A DNA stretch of 63,514 nucleotides, the filler included, from Rhabdomonas costata (taxonomy: Eukaryota), in assembly GCA_019059605.1 (NCBI GenBank). It is 38 parts of 38 records of this genome, joined end to end, with 100 filler letters (N's around TTAATTAATTAA, not from the genome) between each part and the next. Parts side by side here need not be neighbours in the genome. Positions count along the whole stretch, not along the records: positions 48,553 to 50,131 come from JAHMHO010012776.1; positions 50,232 to 51,805 come from JAHMHO010012777.1; positions 51,906 to 53,478 come from JAHMHO010012778.1; positions 53,579 to 55,151 come from JAHMHO010012779.1; positions 55,252 to 56,824 come from JAHMHO010012780.1; positions 56,925 to 58,497 come from JAHMHO010012781.1; positions 58,598 to 60,170 come from JAHMHO010012782.1; positions 60,271 to 61,841 come from JAHMHO010012783.1; 30 more parts are not named here. One strand, written 5' to 3'. The number at the start of each line of letters is the position of its first letter. The stretch's first letter is position 1. A model generated the notes under the pieces. That model had not been told where the DNA came from. It ran no database searches and saw only the letters and a program-made list of their open reading frames with translations. Position numbers and translations under genes: made by a program. Below are positions 50,095-63,078 of the stretch, one piece after another.

Positions 50095-51235
50095 GTTCCA
50101 TCAAACCATCCCACCCTCCTCACCCAACAAANNNNNNNNNNNNNNNNNNNNNNNNNNNNNNNNNNNNNNNNNNNNTTAATTAATTAANNNNNNNNNNNNN
50201 NNNNNNNNNNNNNNNNNNNNNNNNNNNNNNNTTGTGTTGTGAATTCAGGTTAGGTCTTTGGGTTCTTTGTTCTTTGTTTCGGTATCGGATGCCTCCTTCT
50301 GACCAAACATTAACCAAAAACCACAGGTACCAATACGTCAAAAGGAGGCATCCGATACCGAAACAAAGAACAAAGAACCCAAAGACCTAACCTGAATTCA
50401 CGACACACAAATTCTAGAGCCAAAAATACCACGGCAGAAATCCAACGCGCACAATTTAAGTCAATTTGTAATTAAATACCGCTATTTGAACCAGAACCCC
50501 GAATGCCGGATGCTGAGCTCTGAAACGCAACCAAAACTACAGATGCCGTATCAACAGCCAACGCTATTAACCACTGTTACCGCAGACCATAACCTACCAC
50601 TTTTCACGACGTTTTTCGCGGATTCATTTCAGACGCAACAAAGGGCGTGATAATGGTCTCAGTTTGATAAAACCGATTTGAAACGGCATCTTTGGCAAAA
50701 GCAAACATCACAAAGTACGCGATGATACGTGCGAATGTGCCAAACTGAGTGTGGACATCCACCGCGAAGCCGACGCGAGCAACCGCAAAAGAGTCAGATT
50801 TTTGTCAAGAATGTTTTACCCGACCCATATAACGAGTAAAAAAGACACGAATGATGGAGGACACGTTTTGTAAAAGACTACAAACACAAACCAACGCGGA
50901 GCAAAGATTAGAAGAACAGTGGGGCGTCTTGGGCACACGCTGCTGTTAACTGCCGTCTTTCACGGCTTGTTGGCCACAATGGCGGAAATAATAAGCCCGC
51001 CATACATGGGAGTTTTGGCGAGGCAAGCGGCGGAAAGACGGCTGGAAAAATCACTTCCGAGTGTAGATTGTTACTTCCGTTGCCACAACCACTGATTACA
51101 TGCCTTGGAGAACGCCAGGTGTCTGTGGTGCACTTGTGGATCTTTATTCATTCTGCGTCTATTTTTGTGCATCTCCGCGTCGCTGGTCAGTGTATCGTCG
51201 CGCACATAACATGGCGGTCATTGCTCTTTATTGAA

Positions 51236-51795
51236 ATGGACACGGTCGTGATTGCGGCGGCTGCGGTGGACGTGGCACTCCAGTTTCTCCATCTTCACCG
51301 CCACTACGGCGTGTTGTCTTCTCTTGCAATGCCACTCTCGTGGCTGCCTAGGTGGTTCGTGTGGGCCATGGTGCTCGTTTTCTCCAGTCTCCCTCCAGTG
51401 CACCAGCTTTGTGTGGCTGGAAAGGTGTCACTACCAACCGAGCTGGAGGCTGCGGGCTACATGGTCAACATCTCCCTGGGACCGGACGCTCTGCTCCGCC
51501 TACATTGCCACCTTACTGCGGCTGGCAACTCGGCGCTGTTCAAGGAGCTGCGGGGCCTCCCGCATTGATGGAGACGACGTTCTCAAGGACGTCTCTCGTG
51601 GCGCAGTGGGGTCAGCGGATCTCTGAGAGATAGCCACAAAGTTCCGGTGGGGCTCGGCCTTCCAGCCTTTGCCACTTGGTGTGCCCAACAACATGACACG
51701 CTTTAAGGACCGGGTGGAGTACGAGCTGGCCAACAACAACGACGTCACGGGCGTGCTGGTGGCACTCACTTTTCCCAGCCATGGGATTCAGTGCC
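51236..51795 (+). pseudogene. Decayed intronless ORF of an unidentified multicopy family (copy 2)
   Basis: LQFLHLHRHYGV..GKVSLPTELEAAGYMVNISLGPDAL..EIATKF; frameshift near 51560 and an in-frame stop near 51624. Confidence 0.65.
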
Positions 51796-52417
51796 ACCAC
51801 CACACNNNNNNNNNNNNNNNNNNNNNNNNNNNNNNNNNNNNNNNNNNNNTTAATTAATTAANNNNNNNNNNNNNNNNNNNNNNNNNNNNNNNNNNNNNNN
51901 NNNNNGGGGGTTGTTGAAGAATGAGGATTGTGGATTTAGTTGCTGCTGTTATTTGTGAACATTTTTGATTATGTGCGATGCTGTTTCCTTGTTCCGTTTC
52001 CTCTGCTGTTTGTACCAGTTCTTTGTATTGCGGTGGTTGCGGTTTCCCTTGTAAACCACTGCAAGGTGTCGGTTCTATTTTTAAATCCATGAGAGCTAGA
52101 CTGGATGTAACCCTCTGTCGGATCGGATGTACAGACAAAATGTGTTTGAATACTCCGTGCACATGACAGGTGTTAATGGACATGTTGTTGTGCTGGACGA
52201 AACCAGATGAAGACAGCTGGAGTGGAAAATAAGCTTGAGTGACAGCATGATATTTTCCGCCCGTCTCGAAACTTCGGCTCGGCAAGCAGAAATTTAGTAT
52301 CATCGAGCGGCGGTTCGACAGACACGTGGGAGAGTTCGGTTTCTATTTGGCGCCCATATTTTTTCGGTCAGTGTGCGATTTTGGTATTCTGCCTCAAGCG
52401 ATTCTCGATTTTTGATC

Positions 52418-53478
52418 ATGCCTGCCGTCTGGGAGTGGGAAGATGACCGGGGCGAGTGGCTTCCCTATGACGCAAGTGATTGCAAGGTGCTGGAGACAGC
52501 GTTTTTGTCGAAGGCCCTGGCACTTGTCACCGCTGATCTGACATTCAACTCTCTGAACAAATTCACATACAAGTATGACTTCAAGAAGATGACGCAGACT
52601 AACGAGGAGTTTGGCACAGTAAGGAATCTTCGGCGAGCGGAGCTAGTCGACTGTGCCGAGGATGCCGGCTCTGGAGGTGTTGGCGATGACATAGCCTATG
52701 CCGTCCTTGTTCGAACGGATTCGCTGAAGAGCCCGGCCAAATCCCCTGCCCCGGAAAGCACAGGAAAAGGGCGACCGAGAACTGCCGAGGAACCGGCAAA
52801 GGCTGATGGAGCTTCTGCCTCCAAAGCCGACGAAAGTGACGAGCCCCCTGCAAAGAAACCCAAACCAGAGCCCTCACCTACCCAGTTTACTCTGGCCCCT
52901 GTTTCTGCTTCCCTGGTCGCAGCTCAGGTTGCGCTTGGCGCCCAGAGCTGCCGCAAAAGCAAGCGGGGTCACGGCATCTCGGACCCCCACGGCCGCTCCT
53001 GCTTTGACAAAATGCTTTACAGGGAACGCCAGCTTTGTGGGGAGTGGTCGGTGTTTTACCACAGCTACAGCTTTGCCGCTCTGCTGTACGAGGTGCAGGC
53101 CGCCGTTGCCGCGGTGTTGTTCCGATTCAAGTCCGAGTATGCCACCCTTCCTCGGCTATTGAAGGAACCCTTCAACGAGTTCCCAGATGCGGCACCCCTA
53201 TTGAAGGCCTTCCCGAGCTTCCCAGAGCGTGACCACAATGCCCGCTACCGGGCCGTTGCGATCTGTGCCACCACTTCTCTCCTTGCGGATGACGCTGAGG
53301 CGACCCCTAGAGCCGTCTTCCTGGCGGGCTACAGCTGCTGTGACCTGAGCTTTATGGGGGTTCTGGAGGCACTTCTCGTATCTTGCGGGGTTCCTGAGGC
53401 CAAGAAGAAAAGCATGGCAAAGGCCATCATCCAACTCAGTGCCAAGCATGGACTGGACGTCTCCCAGTTTGGAAGCAC
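52418..53478 (+). CDS. Intronless WWE-domain protein with an uncharacterised C-terminal domain (3' truncated)
   Basis: MPAVWEWEDDRGEWLPYD...LETAF...YKYDFKKMTQTN..GTVRNLRR is a WWE domain (52418-52636); basic NLS-like PPAKKPK; open for more than 350 codons to the contig end. Confidence 0.85.
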
Positions 53479-56400
53479 NNNNNNNNNNNNNNNNNNNNNN
53501 NNNNNNNNNNNNNNNNNNNNNNTTAATTAATTAANNNNNNNNNNNNNNNNNNNNNNNNNNNNNNNNNNNNNNNNNNNNGGGGTGGGTTGTCAATTTAATG
53601 TCAGAAACCTAATCTTCTAACAGTCCAAGCATCTTTTTTGGCCTAATCTTTTCTCCAGGCCGATGATAACACATACCAAAACAGCGCATACTTTCACTCA
53701 CATTTCCACCCGAAAGAAATCCGCTTTTGGACAAATGACATTTCTGGCCATTCCAATTGACAATTGCTACTGTCATTTACCTGCACAATAATAGATGTCT
53801 TTTCCGTGCTTTTTTTCCTGCTTTTGGTTTCATCCGGACCTTTTGGTCATTTGACCCTACAGGATTGTTTTAAAATTTGCTACTGTACTACACAAAAACT
53901 GAAGAAATCTAACCGGAAAACCCATTTTGCTAGACCAAAACTACCATCCCGACAAAACTACCGAATTTGGCCCGAAAACGTAGGCCAATGAATTGTTGTA
54001 ATATTTCACATTCTTCTTTCAGGAACATTTGCTTTCCTTTTCCACGTTTTTACACTCTCTTATTCATTCCATACATTTCCGTTTTTTCCAATCAAAAGAA
54101 CCATGGTTACAGTGTTTTTTGTTCCATATAACGCTTTTGTTTTGGATTGTGAAATGGATGTAGTTTGAACTAAACTGCCGATAACAGTGAAGTATTTTGC
54201 AAAGTAATTGAGTATCAGTAAACCTGGCCCTGAGCCCAGTACGATGTTTGTGAGACAGAGCTGTTTCATATATTGCTCCATTCCACTAAAGCGTTCCACT
54301 ATGCGACCGTTTAACGCGCTTTGTTCTTTCTCCAACGTTGGTACTTGCGGGTTTCACTGCCGTGGCGCCATGCTGACGCAGTAAAACTCTGGAACCGGTC
54401 AATGGCGCACTGGAGTCTGCTTCCGAGACGGCGGGAGAATACCCAAACGTTCCAGGATGAACCTGCAGTAATAGAATGCAGGAAACGCTTGTCGTACAAA
54501 TGTTGCGAGCAACAAATTAGCTTGTTGCTTGCCAGGATGTTTTCTGTCTGCTTTCTGTGTTCCGCCAATAATGCACGTAGAACGTTACTGGATATTACTG
54601 CAGCTAACGGTGGTGTATCTAAGGGTACCTTGGCCATTGTATGGTAAAAGACATCATCCGAGCGGAATGGTTTACGGAAAGAAGGCCTGTCATTCGAATT
54701 TTCAATTTTGGGAAACAGTGGAGGTGACTGGACACCAAACGTTTCAAAACATCTGAATATTTTTGCAATACTTGGCTAATATGGCCGTCAGCAAATTCCT
54801 TGAGTCAAGGTCCTCTGCAGACCAGGTCTCTATTCCTCAGTTGGCTGCTGCTGCACGGATACATTGGGAGCACTACGCATTCCATCCTTACTTGTGCCCA
54901 GCACTCCTTGAGCAAGTTGCATAACTCCTTACAAGACGCACTCCGCATATAATCTGCTGAAGCACTTTGCATGTCATGAGATCAATTGCCTCGCTCTAAG
55001 CATTATTGAAATCCATGGCGGCCACTGGAGCATGACTGAGGGCTCTCAGCAGGCAACCTAACACGCCACAGACTTCTGTGAACTCTGCGGCAAATGGCTC
55101 GCTGTATGGCAGCTGTGTGGCACAGGTGGGTTCAACTATTGTCACGCAACCNNNNNNNNNNNNNNNNNNNNNNNNNNNNNNNNNNNNNNNNNNNNTTAAT
55201 TAATTAANNNNNNNNNNNNNNNNNNNNNNNNNNNNNNNNNNNNNNNNNNNNGGGGTTTTGTTTTTATTTTTCACTTTGATTAAAAGCTCGCATTTGAATA
55301 ACATGGGTGGCTGGCAGAATGAATCTATAGGGGGCAGGGAGCAAAGCAAAAGGAAGCGGAAATATATGCAAATTCTGGTAAGGATGTGTGTGGGGTTCGT
55401 TTTTCTTCTTTTCATTCTTACTACTTTACTTTTGGGGGTGGAGGGCGCGAGCGTGGGAATGTCGTGTGGGTCTGTCAGACGAGCGGATTCTCGCGGAGGC
55501 CCAGCCCTTCTTCGAGGCCGCCGGAATTGCCTGCGTGGGGAAGTCCTCCACGGCGCCAGGCCCCGCCAGGAAGGCCATTACGAGGTACATCGCCACTGCA
55601 GAGGCCCAGGAGGAGGCTTCGTGGGTCGCCGCAAACTGCTCCCCGCGTCAAAGGTCAGTTTGAGGGGCGCAGTGGATTGACTCATGCACGCGCGCACATG
55701 TCCACAGCTGTCCAATGAGGATAGAAGCAGGTTGTGTTGGGATCCCAGTCAGGTAGAAAAGAGTGAAGAGAGGCAATGAGGAAGAGCTGAATGAGTTGAA
55801 ATGGTTACGATCGAGGAAGTCTGAAGCATCGAAAATCTGCATAGATAGACACTGTCAGCAGCGAAGCGGCAAACGTTCCAAAAACCCAGTGTCACCAGAG
55901 GTTCGATCGATGGCGCATCACGAAAAGTGAGGGAGCTGCGGGTGCGTTTGCGATGCAATGTGGGATGACACCGCCGCAAGGCAGAGCAAAATCACGGCCG
56001 CAGAGGGAAGAGACCACACACAAGGGAAAACCCGGTCTGCTGTATTTTGTGCAGCTGCAAAACCTTGTCACGATGTGAGCACGTGCATGTGGGAAGGACA
56101 TGAGATGGAAACGGAAGCGGGAAACCGCGCTCTTCTATCCATTAGGGATGGGGCAACGTCACATTTATTCCAAGTTTCGCAGTCCATCCTGCGCATCGTT
56201 AAGCTGATGGCTGCTCCCATTCCCTCCCTGCCCCTTCTCGCAGCAACACCTACTCCTCGCTTATCTGGAAGCGGCGGCAGGCAGGGATGCTGAAGACCCC
56301 CGCCACCCATCCTCACCTGGTTGCGAACCTCCTGCGCAACGCCGCGGCATACTTCCGCTCCGAGGTAACTGGGAAAGGGGGCAACGGCTTCGGAAGTGCG

Positions 56401-59400
56401 TGAAAAAAATTGTTTGTGGACGTGTCGTTAAAAAGATGATGACGATTATCAGAAGGGAAGCATCAGCTTTTTTCCATTGCGTTCTCGCTGCATTTTTTGC
56501 AGAACTACTATCACATATCAAGATAAAGTAGCCATGACATGAACCAGGTAATTCGATGAGCCGTTTCCTCCAGAGACCCGAAGAAACCACCGTAACACAC
56601 TCATCTATCAAAATGCATATTCAACACACATCGGCCCACTACGGGCGCAAGAGCAGAGCAGTAGTTCAGAAGCCTCAGCTAATCTGCCTAGCCCTGCTCA
56701 CCACTACTCCTCATGCTCAACACACTCACACAGTGAGAAGGCGCGACTGTTTGTTTCTTTTGCTCCTCCTGCAGCTGTACAAGAAGTTCACGGGGTACAT
56801 CGAAATGCTCATTCCCCCAAACCCNNNNNNNNNNNNNNNNNNNNNNNNNNNNNNNNNNNNNNNNNNNNTTAATTAATTAANNNNNNNNNNNNNNNNNNNN
56901 NNNNNNNNNNNNNNNNNNNNNNNNCCAGGAGGTGGTCTGGGACATGAAAATTGGAGGCGGTTCCTGAAGGGCATTAGCGAACCTGACAGGAGAAGGGAAC
57001 TTTCGCTTTAACCAGCGTCTGCCGCACTTCCGGGCGGTTGGGGAACAGGGGGAGAGGACACAGAAGAGCTTCAGCACGGGGCATGCAAGTGTGAGAGAGT
57101 GTGGGTACCTCCGCATGTTGGGCGCATAACGAGTGCGTGTACTTTACCTTCTAGGGTGCTCTTTGTGCCGGGCGTGCCCTGCACCGCCGCTGGCACCCTC
57201 CGCCACTGCGGCAGGAGCAGGGCGGGCTGCGCTGCCAGCAGGCTGACTGCGAGCAGGCACCGAGTGTGGTACTGGCGCTCCAGCTGCCGCAAGCTGCGGC
57301 GAGACAGCTATTGGGTGTGTGTTGCGCGCATTGCGCGTTGGCTGTTGCCTGGTTGCCTGGTTGCTTGGTTGTTGGTGATCACTGCGGACTGACGGGCGCA
57401 CGCGCTGTTGGCAACGGGTGCGCGCGAGAGGTGCCGTTGGGGCGAACGGCGCCGTGGGGAACGGGAATCGGCTCACCGCCGAACGTTCCACATATGGTAA
57501 CCTCCATTCTGCCCCACGGGTCCCGGGCCATTGTCATGCAGCTGCTCTTTTCCAGGAGCTACCAGCTACTGGGTGTGTGCGCGCGTGCATGTGTGTGTGT
57601 GTGTGTGTGCAGATTTCTTGTTTGACTTAGCGACATATGTGCTTGTCTGTTCGGTGTTTGTTTGAGCGAGGCAAGATGAAATGGAAGCACACAAACAAAC
57701 ACAGAGAGCGTGTGACAGAAAAAATGCTGCATCTAACCCAAGGCGTGTACAGCCAGGGTGCTGGCTCGTGTGAATGTGATCGATGCAAGGGGATGGTGTG
57801 CCAAATGTAATAATGGAGCAAAGCAAGCAGGGGATCAGATTTCGCGTACCTTACCGGGTGACTGATATGCATAGCCTATAAATGGTCAGCACAAGCAAAC
57901 GGGCGAATTAAAGACCACTGCTGCCACGCAGTGCGCATCAGGAAGCCATAACAGAGCAAGCGTCCTCCCCACGTACTCAACCGATCAACAACAGCAGTTG
58001 GTGAAACAAGGGCTACTGTGAGGTTAAGAGTTGGGGAACCACATCGGAGGCGCTGCGGAGAATCTGGGAGGCTGAGGATGTTTTTGGTTGAAAAGTGATT
58101 GTGATTCCCCCTTTTCCAACGGTATGAAAAAGTACACCTCCACGAGGTGGTGGATTTGCTCGTCCGCGGCCCCAGCGCAGCCCAGAGCGCCGGAGCTAAC
58201 CCACAGCACATCGAACACCGCGCTGAGGTTGTTCGGGCTGGCCAGCTCCGCCCAATCTGAGCGCATCGTGCAAAGCCCACGGAAGCCCCATCACCGACAC
58301 TGCCGACGCGGGGCTACAAGGTACCTTTTGTTAATCTGAGACGTGCTCGGCCATCCAGTTGCTACATTGCTGTTTGCGCGTATCAGGTCCAGCGCCATTT
58401 AACCTCTCCCTCAAGGCTTATTGTTTAGCTTTCTATTTACCTTTTCGAAAAGTTCACGGAACAGTGAAAGTGAGACTAACCTGTAACCTCACAAACCNNN
58501 NNNNNNNNNNNNNNNNNNNNNNNNNNNNNNNNNNNNNNNNNTTAATTAATTAANNNNNNNNNNNNNNNNNNNNNNNNNNNNNNNNNNNNNNNNNNNNTGA
58601 GGTCTTTAAAAATGCAAGGTGGAGGCATCTTCAGTCACTGCTGAGCTGGACCGTTTGTACTCAATGTCTCCCACGCGTTCCGCAGTGCTTTTCTCTGCTT
58701 TCTTCCCGCCCTTTCTTTTCTTTTCTTTTCTCCTGTGCTGTATTTCTGTTGTGTGTGTGTGTGTATCTGTGTGTTTTTGCGGGAAGAAAAACACTGAAGG
58801 TTTCCCTCCAATAAGTTACGGGTCGTTCAGCCGATCCGAACCGCATCGGCTCTTTTCCGCTTTCCCCCCATATCTTTCTATCCCCTTCCTCTGCCGCTCC
58901 CTCTCTCACACGCTGTCACCCTTGAGAGCATCTTCCTCCCCCAGCTGCCACCCACTCCGGTGGTAGGGGAGGGTCGCCCCCGCACCCGGACCACCCTCCT
59001 GCAGCAGCGCAAGCAGGCCTTGAGGGATGAGCTCTCTGCGAAGTGCCCCGCAGGGCGCTCCAGGTTTTTTCCCGTCTCCTGGCCTCAATGCAGTATCCGT
59101 TGGGCGGGCTCTCCCTTTCTCTTCTCTCTTTGTATGTTCAACCACACTTTTGGGGTTGCAGGTGGGATTCGCCGCCAAAAGTCAAAAATGAAGCACAACC
59201 ACAAGTTGACAACTTGCGGCAGGAGGACAAAAGTGTGGTTTCGGTTGTGCAAACAACCAAGATATAAAGGCGAGAAGGAGAAAGGAAGGAGAAGACAGCA
59301 ACGGTATGACAACAGAACGCTGGAAAGAGCACTCTCACACAACCTCACTGTTCTCGCGCATCACGCGCGGGATGCCGTGCATTCAAACAAGGCAACTCGG

Positions 59401-60664
59401 CGCACTGCGAAGCGCCCGTGGCAGCTTCCCCACGGCAGCCCCTTGCCGCAGCGCAGCCATCGCCAGCGGCCGACGCCACAGCTTTGAAGGGTAACCACGT
59501 CGCTTCAAGAAGGGTAGGCTCGCCGCCAGGAATCGGTAAAGCCGGACTTGCCAGCCGAGTGATACAGCCGGATCTTGGCTGCCAATCCGGACACCTCCCC
59601 GTGATAAGGCCTGATAACTCCCCAGGCCAGCGTTGCACCAGCTCACGTTGCAACGCCACCAGCTCTACGAGAGCAGCGCTCAGATGCCGTCGCATGGGCA
59701 GGCCGGCAACCTGCTGCAGCACCATTAGGGCAATCAGCGTCCTCGCTGACACACACAAGAGGTCATTGGGCTGCAGTTCCCACTCCACTACGGCCAGCAG
59801 CTCCGCAGAGGAGAAACATCAAAAGTGCGGAGGGGAAGATATGCTCAAGTTGTCAGCGGCGGCGGAGTCCTTCGAAATCGAAAATGAAGGAGACAGCGAC
59901 GCCGAAGGCGCCCAACCCAAAACTCCACAGCGAGAATGGCCGCCGCGCGGGAGGTGTTCAAGAAGCAGTCCGTGACGTCCAACTGCGCGATCGCCAAAAA
60001 AAAAAGTCGTGTTGCAGCGGCCTAAAGCATCCAGCCAGTTGGCCGTTCGGCACATGGGTGTGTGGCCCTGGACCACTGCGATAGCGCCGATCACCAGCAG
60101 CGAAAAGGCGCAGCTAGCTCGCCGCAGAACTGCGCGAACAGGATGGAGACGATGCACGATGATCGGCCGANNNNNNNNNNNNNNNNNNNNNNNNNNNNNN
60201 NNNNNNNNNNNNNNTTAATTAATTAANNNNNNNNNNNNNNNNNNNNNNNNNNNNNNNNNNNNNNNNNNNNGGTTGTGGTGTTAATTTAGCAGTGTTAACA
60301 TGGTTGTACAGTTTGGTCACGTTGTGATTATGGTAGCCCTAGTTGCACCACTGAACTGCGTTATAAGCCTGTGACAAACGAAGGCCTTTTTAGCGTGTTT
60401 TTATTCATTTATTGGGCCCTCAGGATTTTACCATGAAGGTGCCAGGGTGCGAGGGCGAACTGTGCCGATTGTACTCATATGAAGGATTTGTAGTTCAATA
60501 GCCCGACCCTCCAATCGCCACGCGAGATTCATTCGAAATATTAATACAGCATAAGTGCATTTTATGCCCCCCACTCAACTCGCTGTAACCCGCACATTTA
60601 TACCCAACAAAGCAAGTGATACCGAAAGCAAAGCGTGAAACTCGTGTTGGTGTGCATTTTGAAG

Positions 60665-61264
60665 GTCCCTCTGCGTGACCTGTTCCGCGTGGATCGGGAC
60701 ACTGACATCCAGATCAAGGCCTCTGCTCTCAGCAAGGTTTTGGAAGCTCCCGCATCCTCCGACCTTCCGCAAACGTTGCCTCACTTTTTCTAGTTTGTGC
60801 GGAATCTGATTGTCGTGGTTGTGGAATTTCTTCTTCCTTTCTTCATCCTCGCTATGGATTTGAGGAACAGACGGCTGAAGTCTTGTTTGTATACATTCTA
60901 GTACGTTGATCGAGAACGTTCATTGATCACATGGAAGGGAATGGTGTGTTGAGATAGTGTTGATGTAGAATTTGGAGATGTATGGTCCGTGATGGGTCCT
61001 GTTAGCCACTGTGTGAATAGTTTTCTTTCCTAAATGATCCCTTTTCTTCTTTCATAGCTGTACACAGGCCTGCAGTGCGGGTTGCTGATCTCCGCGCTTA
61101 CCTCTGTGTACTTCCCGAGCTCCGCCGTGCTCCATGCAGTGGTGCACTACGGCAGTGGGGTAGTTTGTGGCACCACCGTCGCCAGCGCGATCCACTACGC
61201 CACTACCCTCTCTGGAATCCAGCGAAGGGACACCGGGGGAAAGTCCACTGGTCCCTCCCCTTAG
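60665..61264 (+). CDS. Last two exons of a small membrane protein
   Basis: VPLRDLFRVDRDTDIQIKASALSK|LYTGLQCGLLISALTSVYFP... hydrophobic, ends in TAG; family uncertain. Confidence 0.35.
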
Positions 61265-62266
61265 GGATGAGGCTCTTCCTTCAATGACTCCAAGAGAAGT
61301 GACGGTTTTGGTTCGGAGCCGGTCGCTGCCATTGAAGTGTTGAAGGCTCTATACTGCAGTGAACGTTGCGTCCTCCTCGAGCGTTTGAGTCACCGCGCGA
61401 GAGTTGGGTTCTTTGCCGTCATTCGTACCGATTGTATTTTATGAGCTTGTTTCTTCGGCTTTCTTTTTTCTCTCACTGTAATCCCGATTTTCGAACGAGC
61501 AAGTCGGTTCTTATCAGTCGTTTTTTCTTTGCTGGAGGATCAAACACGTGTATCACCGCCGAAGGCATCCTGCATTCTACGATACTACGATACTACGAGA
61601 CTACGATATTCACTCCCAGCTCCGCTTTATTTTGGAAGATCAGCGTCCACCTTCGCGACACAAACGTGTACATCCACTGCAGAAACCCGACGGCGTTTCT
61701 CAGTATCACTGGGTTGCCACCTCCGCGTTTTGCCTCTGAAAAAACGCGAATCCAGATAATAACCGCTGGGTCCCGAGCACTCATGTCCTGTCACACCTTT
61801 CGTCCCAGGACACAATTTGCTTCCATTTTTCCGTCGTCTTCNNNNNNNNNNNNNNNNNNNNNNNNNNNNNNNNNNNNNNNNNNNNTTAATTAATTAANNN
61901 NNNNNNNNNNNNNNNNNNNNNNNNNNNNNNNNNNNNNNNNNGTTTTGGTGTCAAACGGGCATCAAGCCTCCGGTGTCGGGAAGGAGGTAACCTCGAATTT
62001 CCCAGTTATCCTGATTACCAAAGAAATTCGAGGTTACCTCCTTCCCGACACCGGAGGCTTGATGCCCGTTTGACGCCAATCCCATGGATATGTTATTTCA
62101 GGATTTGTGGCCACAGAACCGTTTTTTTATCCTTGGTTGATGTTGTCCACAAGATGACTTTCCCGGATTCCGGTCAAGACATCGCTCTATTTGTCATGAC
62201 GCAGACGTTTTTGAGCGGCAGCTTTGCACTTTTGCGGAATGGTGTAGCGCGTATCATTGCACACAG

Positions 62267-63078
62267 GAGACAGTGACGCAGCTGGTGAGGCAGCTAGCGC
62301 TGTTCCCGTTCATGAGGTTGGCGTCCCCTCTGCACAAGGAGTACGCCGCTAAGGTTGAGGAGGCAGAGTCGCTGTCAAAGGTTTGTATGTCACGCGGTTG
62401 CGAGTGTAGGCGGGTAGGCCTTGCACCCCTACTGCGTGTGGTTCACGACCCACAACAGCCCTCCAGTACAGCGTGGACTTGTGTCGGTCGCCATGTTTCT
62501 TGGTTGAAGTTGAGTCTTGCTTCCAGTGTTGCCCCGGAACTGACGCTGTTGGTGCAGACTCAGATCTCTTGTGATTCGTTTAGAACCTTTGGACTGGGCT
62601 TTGACCTTAGCATGTTGTTCATCCGGCGGCGTCTGTATATTGTTGCACAGGCCCTTCTGGAGACCAATGCAAAGCTTTCTCGGGTGCAAGAGGAGAACAC
62701 ACTGGTAACGTGGCATCAATGGCCGTGCGTGATTCTTCTTTTTCCGTCGGGGGGGGGGGCTTGCTCACCTTCAACTCTGGCTCTCTTTCAAATTTACAGA
62801 GAAATACCGTGGAGACCAAACATCAAAAATTTCATCACTTCTTCACGAAGATTGTTCACCCGAATGGTCATCGTATAATTGGTGCGACAACCTGTAAGCG
62901 TAAGTTTTCTCCAGTAAGCGTAAGTTTTTGCGGGACATTCGGGTGGGTTTGGGGGAATGCTCGTGGAAGTTTGGGGGCCCCTCAGGCGCACGCCAACCTG
63001 TCTGACGAGCTGGCTTTGCAGTGCGAGACCGTCCGGGGCTTGCAGGCTCTGCGAGACTCGGACTTGAACTTCATCGAG
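62267..63078 (+). CDS. Coiled-coil protein fragment (3 exons)
   Basis: EYAAKVEEAESLSK|ALLETNAKLSRVQEENTL|AHANLSDELALQ...; GT-AG boundaries. Confidence 0.45.

Noticed and set aside
52357..52371. TATTTTTTCG upstream of the intronless WWE ORF, resembling the 3' end of the euglenid spliced leader (retrogene relic?)
   Set aside because: Only ~10 low-complexity bases match, and it is equally a polypyrimidine tract before the AG at 52370-52371
61577..61607. Short tandem 8-mers (TACGATAC; also CTCTGAAC at ~29864 and GGTTGCCT at ~57350)
   Set aside because: Ordinary 3-4 copy microsatellites with no spacers or associated genes
1621..61897. TTAATTAATTAA recurring at ~1.67 kb period (CRISPR-, cassette- or nanochromosome-like)
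   Set aside because: Always embedded in 44+44 Ns; an artificial linker joining length-sorted contigs. ORFs ending in X...LIN are artefacts of it
11354..62074. Seven more terminal inverted repeats (11354-11612, 18237-18313, 21526-21658, 28272-28357, 46648-46776, 50239-50401, 61950-62074)
   Set aside because: Each has one arm within ~10 nt of a contig end, arms are near-identical and unrelated between loci; best explained as WGA fold-backs, not terminators, transposons or hairpin telomeres
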